Below the pieces are notes generated by a model. The model worked only from the letters and a program-made list of their open reading frames with translations, was not told the DNA's origin and searched no databases. This document shows, piece after piece, positions 39,293-49,939 of a stretch of 64,000 nt of DNA. The stretch lies in assembly GCA_963725865.1 (NCBI GenBank), contig CAVSAC010000014.1:1600001-1664000 (forward strand), given 5' to 3'. The DNA is from Candidatus Eiseniibacteriota bacterium (GTDB taxonomy: Bacteria; Eisenbacteria; RBG-16-71-46). The translations under genes were made by a program, and so were the position numbers. How positions within the stretch are numbered: the stretch's first letter is position 1; each line of letters begins with the position of its first letter.

Positions 39293-41310
39293 ACGTGGCC
39301 ACCGCGGTCTCGTTCCTCCTCGCCATGACCCTGGTGGGCATGGCGATGCTGTCCCGGGCCAGCGTGCGCTGGGTGCGCCAGGGCCCCGCCGGGCTGCGGC
39401 GCTTCACGCTGCTGCTGGCGGGCGGGGTGACGCTCTCGGTAGCGCTGTTGGCGGCGATGTCGGTGCTCCCCGGCGTGCCGATGATGATGCGCTTCTGGTT
39501 CACGCTGAGCGCGATCACCGCGATGCTGGTGCTGAGCCTGCGCGCGGGCCGCGTGCTGGCGCTGGCCGAGCGGCGGGTGAACCGGCGTCTCGCCGTCCTG
39601 ATGCTGTTCGCCACGGTGGTGCCGGCAGTCATCATGGCCGCGCTGTGGGTGGTGAGCGCGGTGCTCGGCACCGCTTCGGGCCGCGCGCTGGCAGCGGCGC
39701 GCGCGTACCAGGCCGAGTCCCGGCGCCTGGAGGATGACCTGACGCTCGCGCTGGCGCGGCCGGCCGAGGTCGAGGCGCGGCTCGCCGACCTGGCCGTCTC
39801 GCGCGCGCGGCGCGGCATCGCGCTCACGGTCTGGCTGCGACGCGGCGAGTGGCGGCGCGCGGTCGGTAACGCCGCGCTGCCGGTGCCGGCGCTCGCCGCG
39901 TGGCCGGCCGGGCGCGCCGCGGGCGCGACCCTGATGGTGGTGGGCGGCGCGTCCTACGCCGCGGCGCGCGTGGCGGCGCCGGGCGACAGCGCGCTCGTCG
40001 CGGTGGGCCTGATCCCGGCGCGCGGTCCGCTGGGCGACGACATCTCGCGTCGCATCGCCGCGCAACTGGTGTACAGCGGCGCCGTCGGGCAGCGCGTCGA
40101 CGTCACCCCCGTGGGCCTGCGCTCCATCGTCCACACCATGGTGCAGGAGGCCAACCACGGCGAACTGTCACCGTTCTCCGGGTTCGCAAACGTCGGCGGC
40201 TGGTTGTGGACCGGACAGGGCTGGGTGCCCTCCACGAACACGCTGTCGGTGAGTGTGGGCATGATGCCCGCGCTGGGCGGCATGCTGCGCAACGCGCGGG
40301 TGTCCGCGCTCGCCTACGTGCCGGTGGTGCTCATCGGCATCATGCTCGTCATCGGCCTGCGCGTGCTGTGGGTGAATTGGGCGACGCTGCGGGCACTCGG
40401 CGGCAGCATCACGCGCGCGATCGCCGCGCTGCGCGACGGTGCTGCGGCGCTCGAAGCCGGGCGGCTCGACCACCGCATCGCGGTGCAGGGCGACGACGAG
40501 CTGTGGGACGTGGCCGCGGGCTTCAACCGCATGGCCGACGGGCTGGAGCGCGGGCGCCGGCTGGAGCTCGAGCGCGAGCGGCTCGAAAGCGAGATGGCGC
40601 TGGCGCGGCGCATCCAGGCGCGCCTGTTGCCGGCGCAGCCGCCGCGCGTGGCGGGCGCCGACATCGCGGGGCTGAGCGAGCCCGCGCGGGCGATCGGCGG
40701 GGACTACTACGATCACATCGCGCTCGCCGACGGGCGCGTGGCGCTGGTGATCGCCGACGTGTCCGGCAAGGGCGTGCCCGCGGCGCTGCTGATGTCGGCG
40801 TTCCGCGCCTCGCTGATGAGCCAGCTCGACGACACCAGCGATCCCGCGGTGGTGATGGCGCGCGTGAACCGCTTCCTGCATCGCAGCGTGGACCCGGGGA
40901 AGTTCGTGACCGCATTCCTCGGCGTGCTCGATCCCGCGAGCGGCCGCTTCGAGTACTGCAACGCCGGGCACAACCCGCCGTTCGTGGTGACGCGCGCCGG
41001 CGAGGTCACCACGCTGGAGACCGGCGGCCTGCTGCTCGGCATGCTCGAAGCGAGCCGCTACGAGCTGGGCGCGCTCGAGCTGGTGCCGGGTGCCACGCTC
41101 GCGCTGTTCACCGACGGCGTGACCGAGGCCCAGGCGGCGGGTGGGGCGATGTGGGGCGAAGCCCCGCTGGTCGAGCTGCTGCGGGGCCATCCCGACGAGC
41201 CGTGCGAGGCGTTCGCGCGGCGCATCGTGGACGAGGTGCGCCGCTTCGAGGGCGAGCAGGGGCCCTCGGACGACATCACGCTGCTGCTCGCGAGGCGCAC
41301 CGGGCGCTGA
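39289..41310 (+). CDS. Membrane HAMP + SpoIIE/RsbU-type PP2C phosphatase
   Basis: Multiple TMs, HAMP (DDELWDVAAGFNRMA), GGDYYD, IADVSGKG, NAGHNPP, FTDGVTE, DDIT. Confidence 0.92.
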   Translation: MNVATAVSFLLAMTLVGMAMLSRASVRWVRQGPAGLRRFTLLLAGGVTLSVALLAAMSVLPGVPMMMRFWFTLSAITAMLVLSLRAGRVLALAERRVNRRLAVLMLFATVVPAVIMAALWVVSAVLGTASGRALAAARAYQAESRRLEDDLTLALARPAEVEARLADLAVSRARRGIALTVWLRRGEWRRAVGNAALPVPALAAWPAGRAAGATLMVVGGASYAAARVAAPGDSALVAVGLIPARGPLGDDISRRIAAQLVYSGAVGQRVDVTPVGLRSIVHTMVQEANHGELSPFSGFANVGGWLWTGQGWVPSTNTLSVSVGMMPALGGMLRNARVSALAYVPVVLIGIMLVIGLRVLWVNWATLRALGGSITRAIAALRDGAAALEAGRLDHRIAVQGDDELWDVAAGFNRMADGLERGRRLELERERLESEMALARRIQARLLPAQPPRVAGADIAGLSEPARAIGGDYYDHIALADGRVALVIADVSGKGVPAALLMSAFRASLMSQLDDTSDPAVVMARVNRFLHRSVDPGKFVTAFLGVLDPASGRFEYCNAGHNPPFVVTRAGEVTTLETGGLLLGMLEASRYELGALELVPGATLALFTDGVTEAQAAGGAMWGEAPLVELLRGHPDEPCEAFARRIVDEVRRFEGEQGPSDDITLLLARRTGR

Positions 41311-41463
41311 GCGGGCCGACGGCGGGTCGCAGCGGGCGTCGGGTGCGGCCGCAGCCCCGCGCCGCCCTGTCCCCCTTCCGCCTCCGGCTGCGTTCTGAGG
41401 AGTGCGGGCCGCCCCGCGCCGCCGCGCGCGGCCCGCCGGATCCGCACGCCCCTGGAGGCCCTC

Positions 41464-44028
41464 ATGTCGCCCACCACGCCCCGGATGCTCTCGGTCCTCG
41501 CGCTGCTCGTGCTCGCGCCCCCGGCGCTGGCCGCGTGGCCCCACGACGCCTACACCAACGTGAACCTCACGCCGACCGGGAACGACCAGCTGGTCTCCGG
41601 GATCTGTCCGGACAGCGCCGGCGGCGCGTTCGTGGCCTGGATCGAGAAACGCGGCGATCCCAGCGGCGACGTCTGGATGACGCGCGTCGGCGTCGATGGC
41701 GCCCCATCGCCGGGCTGGCCGGCCGGCGGGGTGTCGGTCTGCTCGGCGAGCGGAGCGCAGAACTCGATCTCGGTCATCCCGGGTCCGGGCGGCTCGTGCT
41801 ACGTGTGCTGGCTCGACGCACGCGCGGGCGGCGGGGCGCGCGACGTGTACCTCCAGCGCATGCTCGCGAGCGGCGCGATCGGCCCCGGCTGGCCGGTCAA
41901 CGGACTGCTGCTCTCGCGCACCGGATTCGACGAGTCGGTGCCGGTGATGGCCACCGACGGAGCGGGAGGCGCCTACGTCGCCTGGCAGCTCACCGTCAAC
42001 GCGGTCTCCGGGGACTACGACATCCACGCGCGGCGCGTGAACGCCGACGGCAGCTTTCCCGCCGGCTTCACCTCGGCCTCGGTCGCGCTCACGTCGCTCA
42101 TCAACCTGAGCACCAACCCGGCGATCGCCGCGGACGGCAGCGGCAACGCGTACGTCGTGTGGGAGGACGACCGCGTGACGCCCGTCGGGATCTTCGGTCA
42201 GCGGCTGCTCGCCAATGGGACGCCGTTCTGGGCCGTCAACGGCATCCAGCTGCAGCACGACACCGGTCCGTTCGCCCTCGACATCGTGCGGCCGCGCATC
42301 GCCGGCGACGGTCAGGGCGGATTCCTGCTCGGGACGTTCTGGGTGGGCTCGTCGGGCTTCCTCATCATGACCGGGCGCTACAACCCCGCCGGAGCCGCCG
42401 TCTGGCCCGTCGTCAACGTGGGTCCCACCTATGCGATCGGGCTGCAGATCGACTTCAGTCAGCTGCGGGTGGCCGCGGACGGCAATGGCGGCGCTTTCCT
42501 GGGATACACGGCACTGCTCGCCGGCGACCTGCAGAGCTTCGTCCAGCACCTGAGCCCGGCCGGCGCTCAGCTCTGGGGCGCCACGCCGGTGCCCGTGCTC
42601 GGCGGGTCGGGCTGGCAAACGGCGATCGACTTCAGCGGCCCCTACCTGACCTCGAGCATGGAGCCCGACGGCCTCGGCGGGGTGGTGTTCGCCCTGAGCA
42701 CGCTGCCGAACAGCGGGACCAGCATCCCCGACCTGGTCGTGCAGCGCATCGCGGCGGACGGCTCGCTCGCGTGGGGCAGCGGCGGTCGGCTGGTCTGCGG
42801 CGTCGCCGCCACGAAGCTCTATCCCGTGATCGCGAGCGACTTGCGGGGCGGCTTCATCGTGGCGTGGAACGACTACCGCAAGGGCACGACCAGCGACATC
42901 TACGCCCAGCGCCTCGACCACTGGAGCTATCTCGGCAACGCGGAGCCCTCGGCGGTCTCGGCGGTGGACGTGCCGTACGACCAGGGCGGCGTGGTGAACG
43001 TGCGGTGGCACGCCAGCTACCTCGACGCGCTGCCCGACCGCACGGTGCGCCAGTACTCGCTGTGGCGCGCGCTGTCCTCGAACGCGCCGCCGGTGGGCGC
43101 CACGATCCTCGGACCGGGCGATCCGACGCCGGCGGACGCGACGATCGACGCCGATGGCGCGGATGCTGCCGTCGCCGCGGGCGCGGCGGGTGTCGCGCGA
43201 TCCGAGACACTCCCGAGCGGTAGCTCGCGCATCGTGCGCGCGCTCCCCGACGGCGCGCAGACCACGTACTGGGAGTACCTGTTCACCAAGGCGGCCACCG
43301 CGCTCACCGACTACGCCGCGGTGGCGCCCACCACGTCCGACTCGCTGCCGGGCGCCAATCCGCCGACCCAGTTCATGGTCCAGGCCGAGGGCTTCTTCGG
43401 TGACCCGTACTGGGCCGCGGCGCCCGCGAGCGGCTACTCGGTCGACAACCTCGCGCCGCCCACACCCGCGCCGTTCACCGGCGTCTACGGCGGCGGGCAG
43501 ACCGCGCTCGACTGGGGCGCGAGCCTCGCGGCGGACCTGGCGGGCTACCGCCTCTATCGCGGAAGCTCGATCGGCTTCGTGCCCGGCCCCGCGAATCTGG
43601 TCGCCGCACTCGCCACCACCGCCTACACCGACCGGGCCGGGCAGCCGTACGTCTACAAGCTCGCGGCCGTCGACGTGCACGGCAACGAGAGCGCGTACGC
43701 GACGCTGATCCCGGCGGGCACCGCCGACGTGACGGAGGGAGCGCTGCCGGTGGAGTTCGCGCTGCACGGTGCCACGCCCAATCCGCTGCGCGGGAGCGGG
43801 CTCATCCGCTACGCGCTGCCGCGCGCGGCGGCGGTGCGACTGGCGCTGTTCGACGCCGCGGGCCGGCGCGTGCGCCTGCTCGCCGACGGCGAGCGCCCGG
43901 CGGGCGAGCACGCGGCCGCATGGGACGGCCGCGACGACGCGGGACGTGCGCTCGGCGCCGGGCTCTACTTCGCGCGGCTGGACGCGGCGGGGAGGACGTT
44001 CACGCATCGCGTGGTGCTGACGCACTGA
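41464..44028 (+). CDS. Large secreted repeat protein with FN3-like and C-terminal FlgD-Ig/T9SS-like domain
   Basis: Repeated DG.GGA.VAW.D.R..D.Y.QR units; PNP..IRYALP..LFDAAGRRVR..WDGRDD.G..GLYF. Confidence 0.82.
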   Translation: MSPTTPRMLSVLALLVLAPPALAAWPHDAYTNVNLTPTGNDQLVSGICPDSAGGAFVAWIEKRGDPSGDVWMTRVGVDGAPSPGWPAGGVSVCSASGAQNSISVIPGPGGSCYVCWLDARAGGGARDVYLQRMLASGAIGPGWPVNGLLLSRTGFDESVPVMATDGAGGAYVAWQLTVNAVSGDYDIHARRVNADGSFPAGFTSASVALTSLINLSTNPAIAADGSGNAYVVWEDDRVTPVGIFGQRLLANGTPFWAVNGIQLQHDTGPFALDIVRPRIAGDGQGGFLLGTFWVGSSGFLIMTGRYNPAGAAVWPVVNVGPTYAIGLQIDFSQLRVAADGNGGAFLGYTALLAGDLQSFVQHLSPAGAQLWGATPVPVLGGSGWQTAIDFSGPYLTSSMEPDGLGGVVFALSTLPNSGTSIPDLVVQRIAADGSLAWGSGGRLVCGVAATKLYPVIASDLRGGFIVAWNDYRKGTTSDIYAQRLDHWSYLGNAEPSAVSAVDVPYDQGGVVNVRWHASYLDALPDRTVRQYSLWRALSSNAPPVGATILGPGDPTPADATIDADGADAAVAAGAAGVARSETLPSGSSRIVRALPDGAQTTYWEYLFTKAATALTDYAAVAPTTSDSLPGANPPTQFMVQAEGFFGDPYWAAAPASGYSVDNLAPPTPAPFTGVYGGGQTALDWGASLAADLAGYRLYRGSSIGFVPGPANLVAALATTAYTDRAGQPYVYKLAAVDVHGNESAYATLIPAGTADVTEGALPVEFALHGATPNPLRGSGLIRYALPRAAAVRLALFDAAGRRVRLLADGERPAGEHAAAWDGRDDAGRALGAGLYFARLDAAGRTFTHRVVLTH

Positions 44029-44164
44029 CCGCGCGCGATCGGCCGCCTCGAAAACGAGACAGCGGGCCGGCGCGCCGCGTCGCCGGCGGCGCCACTCCGC
44101 GACGAAGTGAGCGCCGGCGCCGATCGCGCTGGCTCGCGCGAGCCGCGGGGCGCACTATGTCGCC

Positions 44165-46396
44165 ATGTCTCCTCATCGCGGGGCCGGTCGTGCGGGGCTC
44201 CTGCTCGCGCTTGGTCTGCTCCTGTTGCTCGGCGCGCCCGCGCTTTCGCGCGCGCAGAACGCCTCGGTCGCCGGCACGCTCGAGCTCTATCCCACGCTGA
44301 ACTGCATCGGCGCGCGGCTGGCGTTCGGCGGCGACGCCGACAGCGACGCGGTCGCGCACCTCGAGTGGCGGCGGCTCGGACAGCCGGCCTGGACGCGCGG
44401 CGTCGACATGAGCCGCATGCCCGGCATCCCGCGCTGGTCGGGCAGCGTGCTGTGGCTCGACAGCGGGACGCGCTACGAGGTGCGCGCGCTGATCGAGGAC
44501 CCCGACGGCGGCGGCAGCGCGCAGGGCGCGGTGACCACGCGGGTGCTGCCGCCACTGACGCCGAGCGGCGCGACCTGGTGGGTGGCGACCAACGGTCTCG
44601 ACACCAATCCCGGCTCGTCGACCGCCCCGCTCGCCACCGTGCAGGCCGCGGCCAATCGCGCGCAGCCCGGCGACCAGATCCGCGTGCGCGCCGGGATCTA
44701 CTACCAGGGCGTGGTCACGCCGCGCGCCGGCACCCCGGGGGCACCCATCCATCTGATCGCGGACGGGCCCGGCACCATCCTCGACGGCTCCGATCCCGCG
44801 ATGCTCCATCGCAGCGACTGGCGCGCCGACGGCGGCGGCATCTTCAGCGTCCCCTTCACCGCCGCTACGCGCCTGGTGTGCGCCGACAGCCTGCAGCGGC
44901 TCTACCGGCAGTCGAGCCTCGCGCAGCTGCAGGCCGACTTCAACGGCATGAGCCAGGCGTGGGCGATCGAGGGCGGCCGGCTCTACGTGAAGCTCGGCGA
45001 CGGCTCGTCGCCCGCCACCCACACCATGCACGTCGCGCGGCTCGATGTGGGCGTGTACGTGAAGCACGACGACTGGCACGTGAGCGGCTTCGAGGTGCGC
45101 TACTGCGGCACCGTGAACTCGCCCGCCGCGGGCATCTGCCTGCAGGGCGCCAGCCGCTGCGTGGTGAGCGGCAATCACGTCCACACCATCGGCGGCAAGT
45201 GCGTGCTGCTGCGGCTCGGGGCGGCGGACGACGTCATCGAGGGCAACCTGCTGCGCGATCCGCGCATCGGCGTGTGGCCGCGCACGGTGAGCAAGAGCCA
45301 CGAGGAGGAGCAGCAGGGGGTCTCGAACGGCGGCGGGCGCGGCAACGTGATCCGCTCCAACACCATCCAGTACACGTTCGACGGCATCGACGCGCGCAGC
45401 GGCGAGAGCGACGTGAACGTCGCCGCGGACTCCGATGTCCACGACAACCTCGTCATCGGGATCGCCGACGACGGGCTCGAGCCCGAGACCTGCTCCGGCA
45501 TCAACGTGCGCCTGTGGCACAACATGGTGCGCGGCTGCTACAGCGGCATCTCGATCGCGCCGATCACGCAGGGTCCCGAGTACGTGCTCTACAACACGTT
45601 CACCGACTACACCCGCAATGCCTACAAGTTCTCGATCTCGAGCGACGGCCAGGTGTGGCTGTGTCACAACACCTCGTCCACCACGCTGCCCGCGATCCCG
45701 TCGCTGTGGGGGAGCGGCACCTACTCGAACAAGCACTTCCGCGGCAACATCCTGACCGGCAACGGCACGTTCTGCGTCGACGACGATCCGGGCGAGAGCA
45801 CGATCGGCAACGATTTCGACGGCGACCTGCTCTACGCGCCGGGCTCGTCGTGGTTGTTCCGCTGGAAGGGCACCAACTACGCCACGCTCGCCACGCTGCG
45901 CGCCGGCACCGGCTTCGAGACCGCCGGGCGCAGCGGCGACCCGATGTTCGTCGCACCGCTCGGCGGCGACTACTCGCTCAAGCCCGGCAGCCCGGCGCTC
46001 GATGCGGCCCCCCGGCTGCCGGGCATCAACGACTGCTTCGTGGGCGCCGGCCCCGACATGGGCGCGGCGGAGTTCTGCCTCGCGCACCTGGTCGACGTGC
46101 CGGCGCCGGTGCCGCACGAGGCGCTGCGACTGGAGGCGCCGGCGCCGAATCCCAGCGCGTCGACGGTGCTGCTGCGATTCGCGCTGCCGAGTGCCACGCG
46201 CGTGCGGATCGCGGTATTCGACGTGAGTGGACGCCGGGTGCGCACGCTGGCCGCCGAGGAGCTGCCTGCCGGCGCGCACGCGGTGCAGTGGGATGGTCGC
46301 GACGATGCCGGCCGCACGCTCGGCCCGGGGCTGTACCTGGTGCGACTCGAAGCGCAGGGAGAGGCGCTGGCGCGCCGTGTGGTGCGCATCGAGTAG
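44165..46396 (+). CDS. Secreted right-handed beta-helix (pectate lyase-like) protein with C-terminal FlgD-Ig/T9SS-like domain
   Basis: WWVATNG.D.NPG..PLATVQ.A..AQPGD, Asn-ladder repeats, DYSLKPGSPALDA, WDGRDD C-terminal domain. Confidence 0.85.
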   Translation: MSPHRGAGRAGLLLALGLLLLLGAPALSRAQNASVAGTLELYPTLNCIGARLAFGGDADSDAVAHLEWRRLGQPAWTRGVDMSRMPGIPRWSGSVLWLDSGTRYEVRALIEDPDGGGSAQGAVTTRVLPPLTPSGATWWVATNGLDTNPGSSTAPLATVQAAANRAQPGDQIRVRAGIYYQGVVTPRAGTPGAPIHLIADGPGTILDGSDPAMLHRSDWRADGGGIFSVPFTAATRLVCADSLQRLYRQSSLAQLQADFNGMSQAWAIEGGRLYVKLGDGSSPATHTMHVARLDVGVYVKHDDWHVSGFEVRYCGTVNSPAAGICLQGASRCVVSGNHVHTIGGKCVLLRLGAADDVIEGNLLRDPRIGVWPRTVSKSHEEEQQGVSNGGGRGNVIRSNTIQYTFDGIDARSGESDVNVAADSDVHDNLVIGIADDGLEPETCSGINVRLWHNMVRGCYSGISIAPITQGPEYVLYNTFTDYTRNAYKFSISSDGQVWLCHNTSSTTLPAIPSLWGSGTYSNKHFRGNILTGNGTFCVDDDPGESTIGNDFDGDLLYAPGSSWLFRWKGTNYATLATLRAGTGFETAGRSGDPMFVAPLGGDYSLKPGSPALDAAPRLPGINDCFVGAGPDMGAAEFCLAHLVDVPAPVPHEALRLEAPAPNPSASTVLLRFALPSATRVRIAVFDVSGRRVRTLAAEELPAGAHAVQWDGRDDAGRTLGPGLYLVRLEAQGEALARRVVRIE

Positions 46397-46476
46397 GCAC
46401 GGGCGCCCCGGCGCCGCAGCGCTGGAGTCGTCCCCGACGTGCCCGCGCACGCGCCTGTGCCGGCGCGGCGCGCGCG

Positions 46477-48003
46477 TCAGAAGTAGAACTTGATCTCGCG
46501 CCAGCGCGTGGCGAGCGGCTGGTTGAGGCCGCGGCACACCCAGATCGGCGCGCCGTTCTCGAACGGCATGCAGTGGGTGCAGCTCGTGGTGTCGGCGAGC
46601 ACCACGCTCGCGAAGTCCGCGTGCCGGTTGTCGCGGCCGCCGCCCACCAGGATCATCACCTCGCCGGTGGCACCCCGCGGACCCCACAGCCAGTAGTTGT
46701 TGTGCGGCGAGATCGCGGGTGGCAGTCCGTAGCGCGGTCCGAAGAAGTCGATCGCACCGGCCTCGCCGTAGTTGCTGGCGAAGATCGCGCACTTGGCGCG
46801 CTCGCCGGCCGGCAGCGCGGCGTACACGCGCGCGACCCGCCTCACCATATCCTCCCAGCCAAACATGTCGGCGAGCACCTGCGGCAGGTCGCTCTCGCCC
46901 GAGTGCTCCTGAGCCTTGATGCGAATGCCGAGCGCGCGCGTGTACGCGAGGTGCGTCTCGACCGGCAGCAGCGGCAACCCCACCGGAACGATCAAGAGCC
47001 CGAGCGGCGCGATCAACGCGATCGCCACCGGCCGCAGCCAGCCGCGTCCGCGCGTCGCCGCCGCCCCCTCGATCGCCACCGCGCCGGCCGCCAGCAGCGG
47101 CGCGTACGCGACCGCGAGGTAGTTGGGCCGGCTGAAGCCGCTCACGATCAGCAGCGCCGCGACCGCGAGGAACGCGATGCCGAGCGGCCGCGCGGCGCGT
47201 CCCACCAGCAGCGCGACCAGCCCGATCGCCCACACCGGCAGCTGCGCGGGGTTCATGACGAGGATCTGCTGCAGCCAGAAGTCCACGAAGCCGGTGCGCA
47301 CCATCTTGCCCTGCGTCGCGTTGCGCATGAACTCGAGCGTCGGCCAGCCGTTCTGCGCCTGCCACAGCACGTGCGGCACGAACACCAGCCCCGCGATCGC
47401 CGCGGCCACCCACGGCCACGGCGTGCGCAACACCTTGCGGTGCGGCGTGAGCACCAGCCCCAGGAACGCGCCGCCGGCGAACCACAGCATGCTGGTCTTG
47501 TTGAGCAGCCCGAGGCCCAGCACCACGCCGAGCCCGATCCACGTCGCGGGCCGCTCGTGCGTGAGCGCGCGCAGCAGCAACAGCGCCGACAGCGTCCAGA
47601 AGCACGTGTCGAACGCGTTCATGCTGAAGAAGTGGTCCACCACCAGCCATACGGGCGGCAGCACCGCGCACAGGCACGCGAGCGCCTGCGCGAATCGGCG
47701 GCCGCCGAGCTCGCGCACCAGCAGCCCGGTCATCACCACGGTCGCCGCGCCCGAGAACGCGGGGAGCCAGCGCAGCGCCACCAGCGAGTCGCCGAACAGC
47801 GCGCGGTTCAGCGCCAGCAGCGCGATCGAGAACGGCGGCTGGTCCACGTAGCCCCACGCCAGGTGCTTGCTGCACGCGATGTAGTACAGCTCGTCGCGGA
47901 AGTAGCCGTAGTGCGTGATCGCCAGCGCGTGGAGCAGCAGCTTGAGAGCCGCGAACGCCAGCGGCACGGCGAGGGCGTCGGCGAAGGTCGGGCGACGGGG
48001 CAT
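46477..48003 (-). CDS. GT-C family 39 (PMT_2/ArnT-like) membrane glycosyltransferase
   Basis: YFRDELYY..LAWGYVDQPP, GLLNK, WQ..NGWP, NYGEAGA, HNNYWLWGP. Confidence 0.9.
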   Translation of the reverse strand: MPRRPTFADALAVPLAFAALKLLLHALAITHYGYFRDELYYIACSKHLAWGYVDQPPFSIALLALNRALFGDSLVALRWLPAFSGAATVVMTGLLVRELGGRRFAQALACLCAVLPPVWLVVDHFFSMNAFDTCFWTLSALLLLRALTHERPATWIGLGVVLGLGLLNKTSMLWFAGGAFLGLVLTPHRKVLRTPWPWVAAAIAGLVFVPHVLWQAQNGWPTLEFMRNATQGKMVRTGFVDFWLQQILVMNPAQLPVWAIGLVALLVGRAARPLGIAFLAVAALLIVSGFSRPNYLAVAYAPLLAAGAVAIEGAAATRGRGWLRPVAIALIAPLGLLIVPVGLPLLPVETHLAYTRALGIRIKAQEHSGESDLPQVLADMFGWEDMVRRVARVYAALPAGERAKCAIFASNYGEAGAIDFFGPRYGLPPAISPHNNYWLWGPRGATGEVMILVGGGRDNRHADFASVVLADTTSCTHCMPFENGAPIWVCRGLNQPLATRWREIKFYF

Positions 48004-48170
48004 CGGGGCCTCCTGAGGGGCGCGGGCAGCGGCGGCAGACTAAGGTGGCCGGGAGCCGGCCGCAACGGCCGAGTGCGTGAGTCCGCACGGAGCAGCGCTC
48101 GCCACCTCCGCGGTCTCGCGTCCGATTCGGCGCTTGACGTCCGTGCGCCGGCTCCGGCACCTTGCTCGCC

Positions 48171-48584
48171 ATGCTGCGCCATCTTCGCACCCCGTGGCCG
48201 GGCCTCGTCGGCCTCGCGCTCGCCTCCCTCACGCTGCTGCCGCCCGATGGCTGGGCGCTGTGCGTGGCGCCGGGCGGCCACATCGAGCTCGAGCCGCTCG
48301 CGCTCGACGGGGCCGCGGGTTGCTGCACCGCTCCCGCGCCGCTCTCCGGCGATGACGTGACCTCCGCGGACAGCGACTGTGAATCCTGCAGCGACGTGGT
48401 GGCGTTCTCTGGCAGCGTGCTGCCGTGCCGCCCGCTGCACGTCGACGTGCCCTCCGTCCTCGCGCCGGCCGTGCTCGTCTCGCTCGCCGCGCCCTACGAG
48501 TACGGGACATCCGCCGTGCGCGCCACCGCGCTCGCGCCGTCCCCACCGGGCACCCTCCGCACCGGCACCCTCCTGCGCAACTGA
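48171..48584 (+). CDS. Cys/His-containing small protein upstream of czcCBA (CzcI-like)
   Basis: LCVAPGGHIELE, CC, CESCSD, terminal TLLRN; position before a heavy-metal RND operon. Confidence 0.6.
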   Translation: MLRHLRTPWPGLVGLALASLTLLPPDGWALCVAPGGHIELEPLALDGAAGCCTAPAPLSGDDVTSADSDCESCSDVVAFSGSVLPCRPLHVDVPSVLAPAVLVSLAAPYEYGTSAVRATALAPSPPGTLRTGTLLRN

Positions 48585-48685
48585 TCCACCTCCGGCCGTC
48601 TTCGCGCGCGACGTCCTGACGACGTCGTGCGCGTGGCTTCACGACGCCCGCGCCGAGATTCCCCACGTCTCCCGGAGGTGTTTCC

Positions 48686-49939
48686 GTGTCCCATCCCATA
48701 CGCAACTCCCTCATCCTCGCGATCGCCGGGATGGCCACGCTCGCGAGCGCGAGCCGGTCCGCGCCCCTCGATCTCGACGAGGCCGTACGGCGCGCGCTCG
48801 CGGCCCACCCCGCGCTGCGTGCCGCGCGACTCGAGACGCGCGCGGCCGCCGCGCGCGTGCGCGACGCCGCGCGCCGGCCGGCTCCGTCGCTGTCGGCCGA
48901 GCTCGAGGATCTCGGCGGCCGCGCCGGGGTCGACGGCGCGCAGGCCACGCTCGTGCTCGCCCAGCCGCTCGAGCTCGGCGGGGACCGGTCCGCGCGCGCG
49001 GGCGCCGCGCGCGCGACGATGGCGCTCGCCGAGGCCGGGGCCACGGCGTTGGAGCGCGAGGTCGCCGCCGAGGCCACCGAGGCGTTCCTGGACGCGTGGC
49101 TGGCAGAGCAGCGCGTCGCCCGCGAACGTGCGGCTGAACCGCACACGAACGAGGCGGTGCGCGCCGCCGGCGAGCGCCTGCGTGCCGGGGCCGCGCCCGC
49201 ATCCGAGCGCGCACGGGCCGAGTTGTTCGCCGCGCTGCGCGCGATCGAGCGCCGCCGCGCCGAGGCTGCCCGGGGCGGGGCGCGCCGCCGCCTGGCCCGC
49301 ACCTGGGGCATGGACTCGCTCGACGCGGACTCGCTGGCGCTGACCGCGCCGCCACACACGGCGCCGGCCGCGGCGGAAGTCCTGCTGGCGCGGCTCACGG
49401 TGAACCCCGAGCGCCGCCGCGCCGAGGCGGAGACGGAGGCGGCCGCGTGGCGGGTCCGCGAAGCCCGCGCCGCGCGCACCGCCGACCTGGATGCGAGCGC
49501 CGGAGTGCGACGCCTGCCCGAGAGCGGCGGCACCGCGCTGGTGGCGAGCATCTCGCTGCCGCTCCCGTTGTGGGGGCGAGCGGACGGCGAGGTCGAGGCC
49601 GCGAGCGCCGAGCGCGACGCGGTGCACCTGCGCGAGGAGGCGACCGCGCGCCGGCTCGCCCAGGAGCTGCGCGGCGCGCTGGATGAGCTGCGCGCGGCGG
49701 AGGAAGCGTGGGAGACGGCGCGCGGAGCGCTGAGCGCGGCCGCGGACGAAGCACTCACCTCGGTCACCGCGGCTTATCGGAGCGGGCGATCGGGGTACCC
49801 CGAGATCGCCGAGAGCCAGCGCACTCGGCTCGAGGTCGAAGTCGTGCGGGCCGAGGCGCTCGCCGCGCTGTGGCGTGCGCGTACCGCGGTGGAGCGGCTC
49901 ACCGGAATGCCGCTCGAGGCGGCGGAGGAAGGAAGATGA
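48686..49939 (+). CDS. czcC: TolC-family outer membrane efflux protein (CzcC-like)
   Basis: LDEAVRRALAAHPAL, QPLELGG.R.AR, ISLPLPLW, AYRSG. Confidence 0.85.
   Translation: MSHPIRNSLILAIAGMATLASASRSAPLDLDEAVRRALAAHPALRAARLETRAAAARVRDAARRPAPSLSAELEDLGGRAGVDGAQATLVLAQPLELGGDRSARAGAARATMALAEAGATALEREVAAEATEAFLDAWLAEQRVARERAAEPHTNEAVRAAGERLRAGAAPASERARAELFAALRAIERRRAEAARGGARRRLARTWGMDSLDADSLALTAPPHTAPAAAEVLLARLTVNPERRRAEAETEAAAWRVREARAARTADLDASAGVRRLPESGGTALVASISLPLPLWGRADGEVEAASAERDAVHLREEATARRLAQELRGALDELRAAEEAWETARGALSAAADEALTSVTAAYRSGRSGYPEIAESQRTRLEVEVVRAEALAALWRARTAVERLTGMPLEAAEEGR

Noticed and set aside
1356..48360. Many very long alternative-frame/antisense ORFs (e.g. 1356..4322, 9958..13164, 40168..44025, 44000..48328, 44107..48360)
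   Set aside because: Arg/Ala/Gly/Pro-rich shadow ORFs expected from stop-poor high-GC DNA; they overlap well-supported genes
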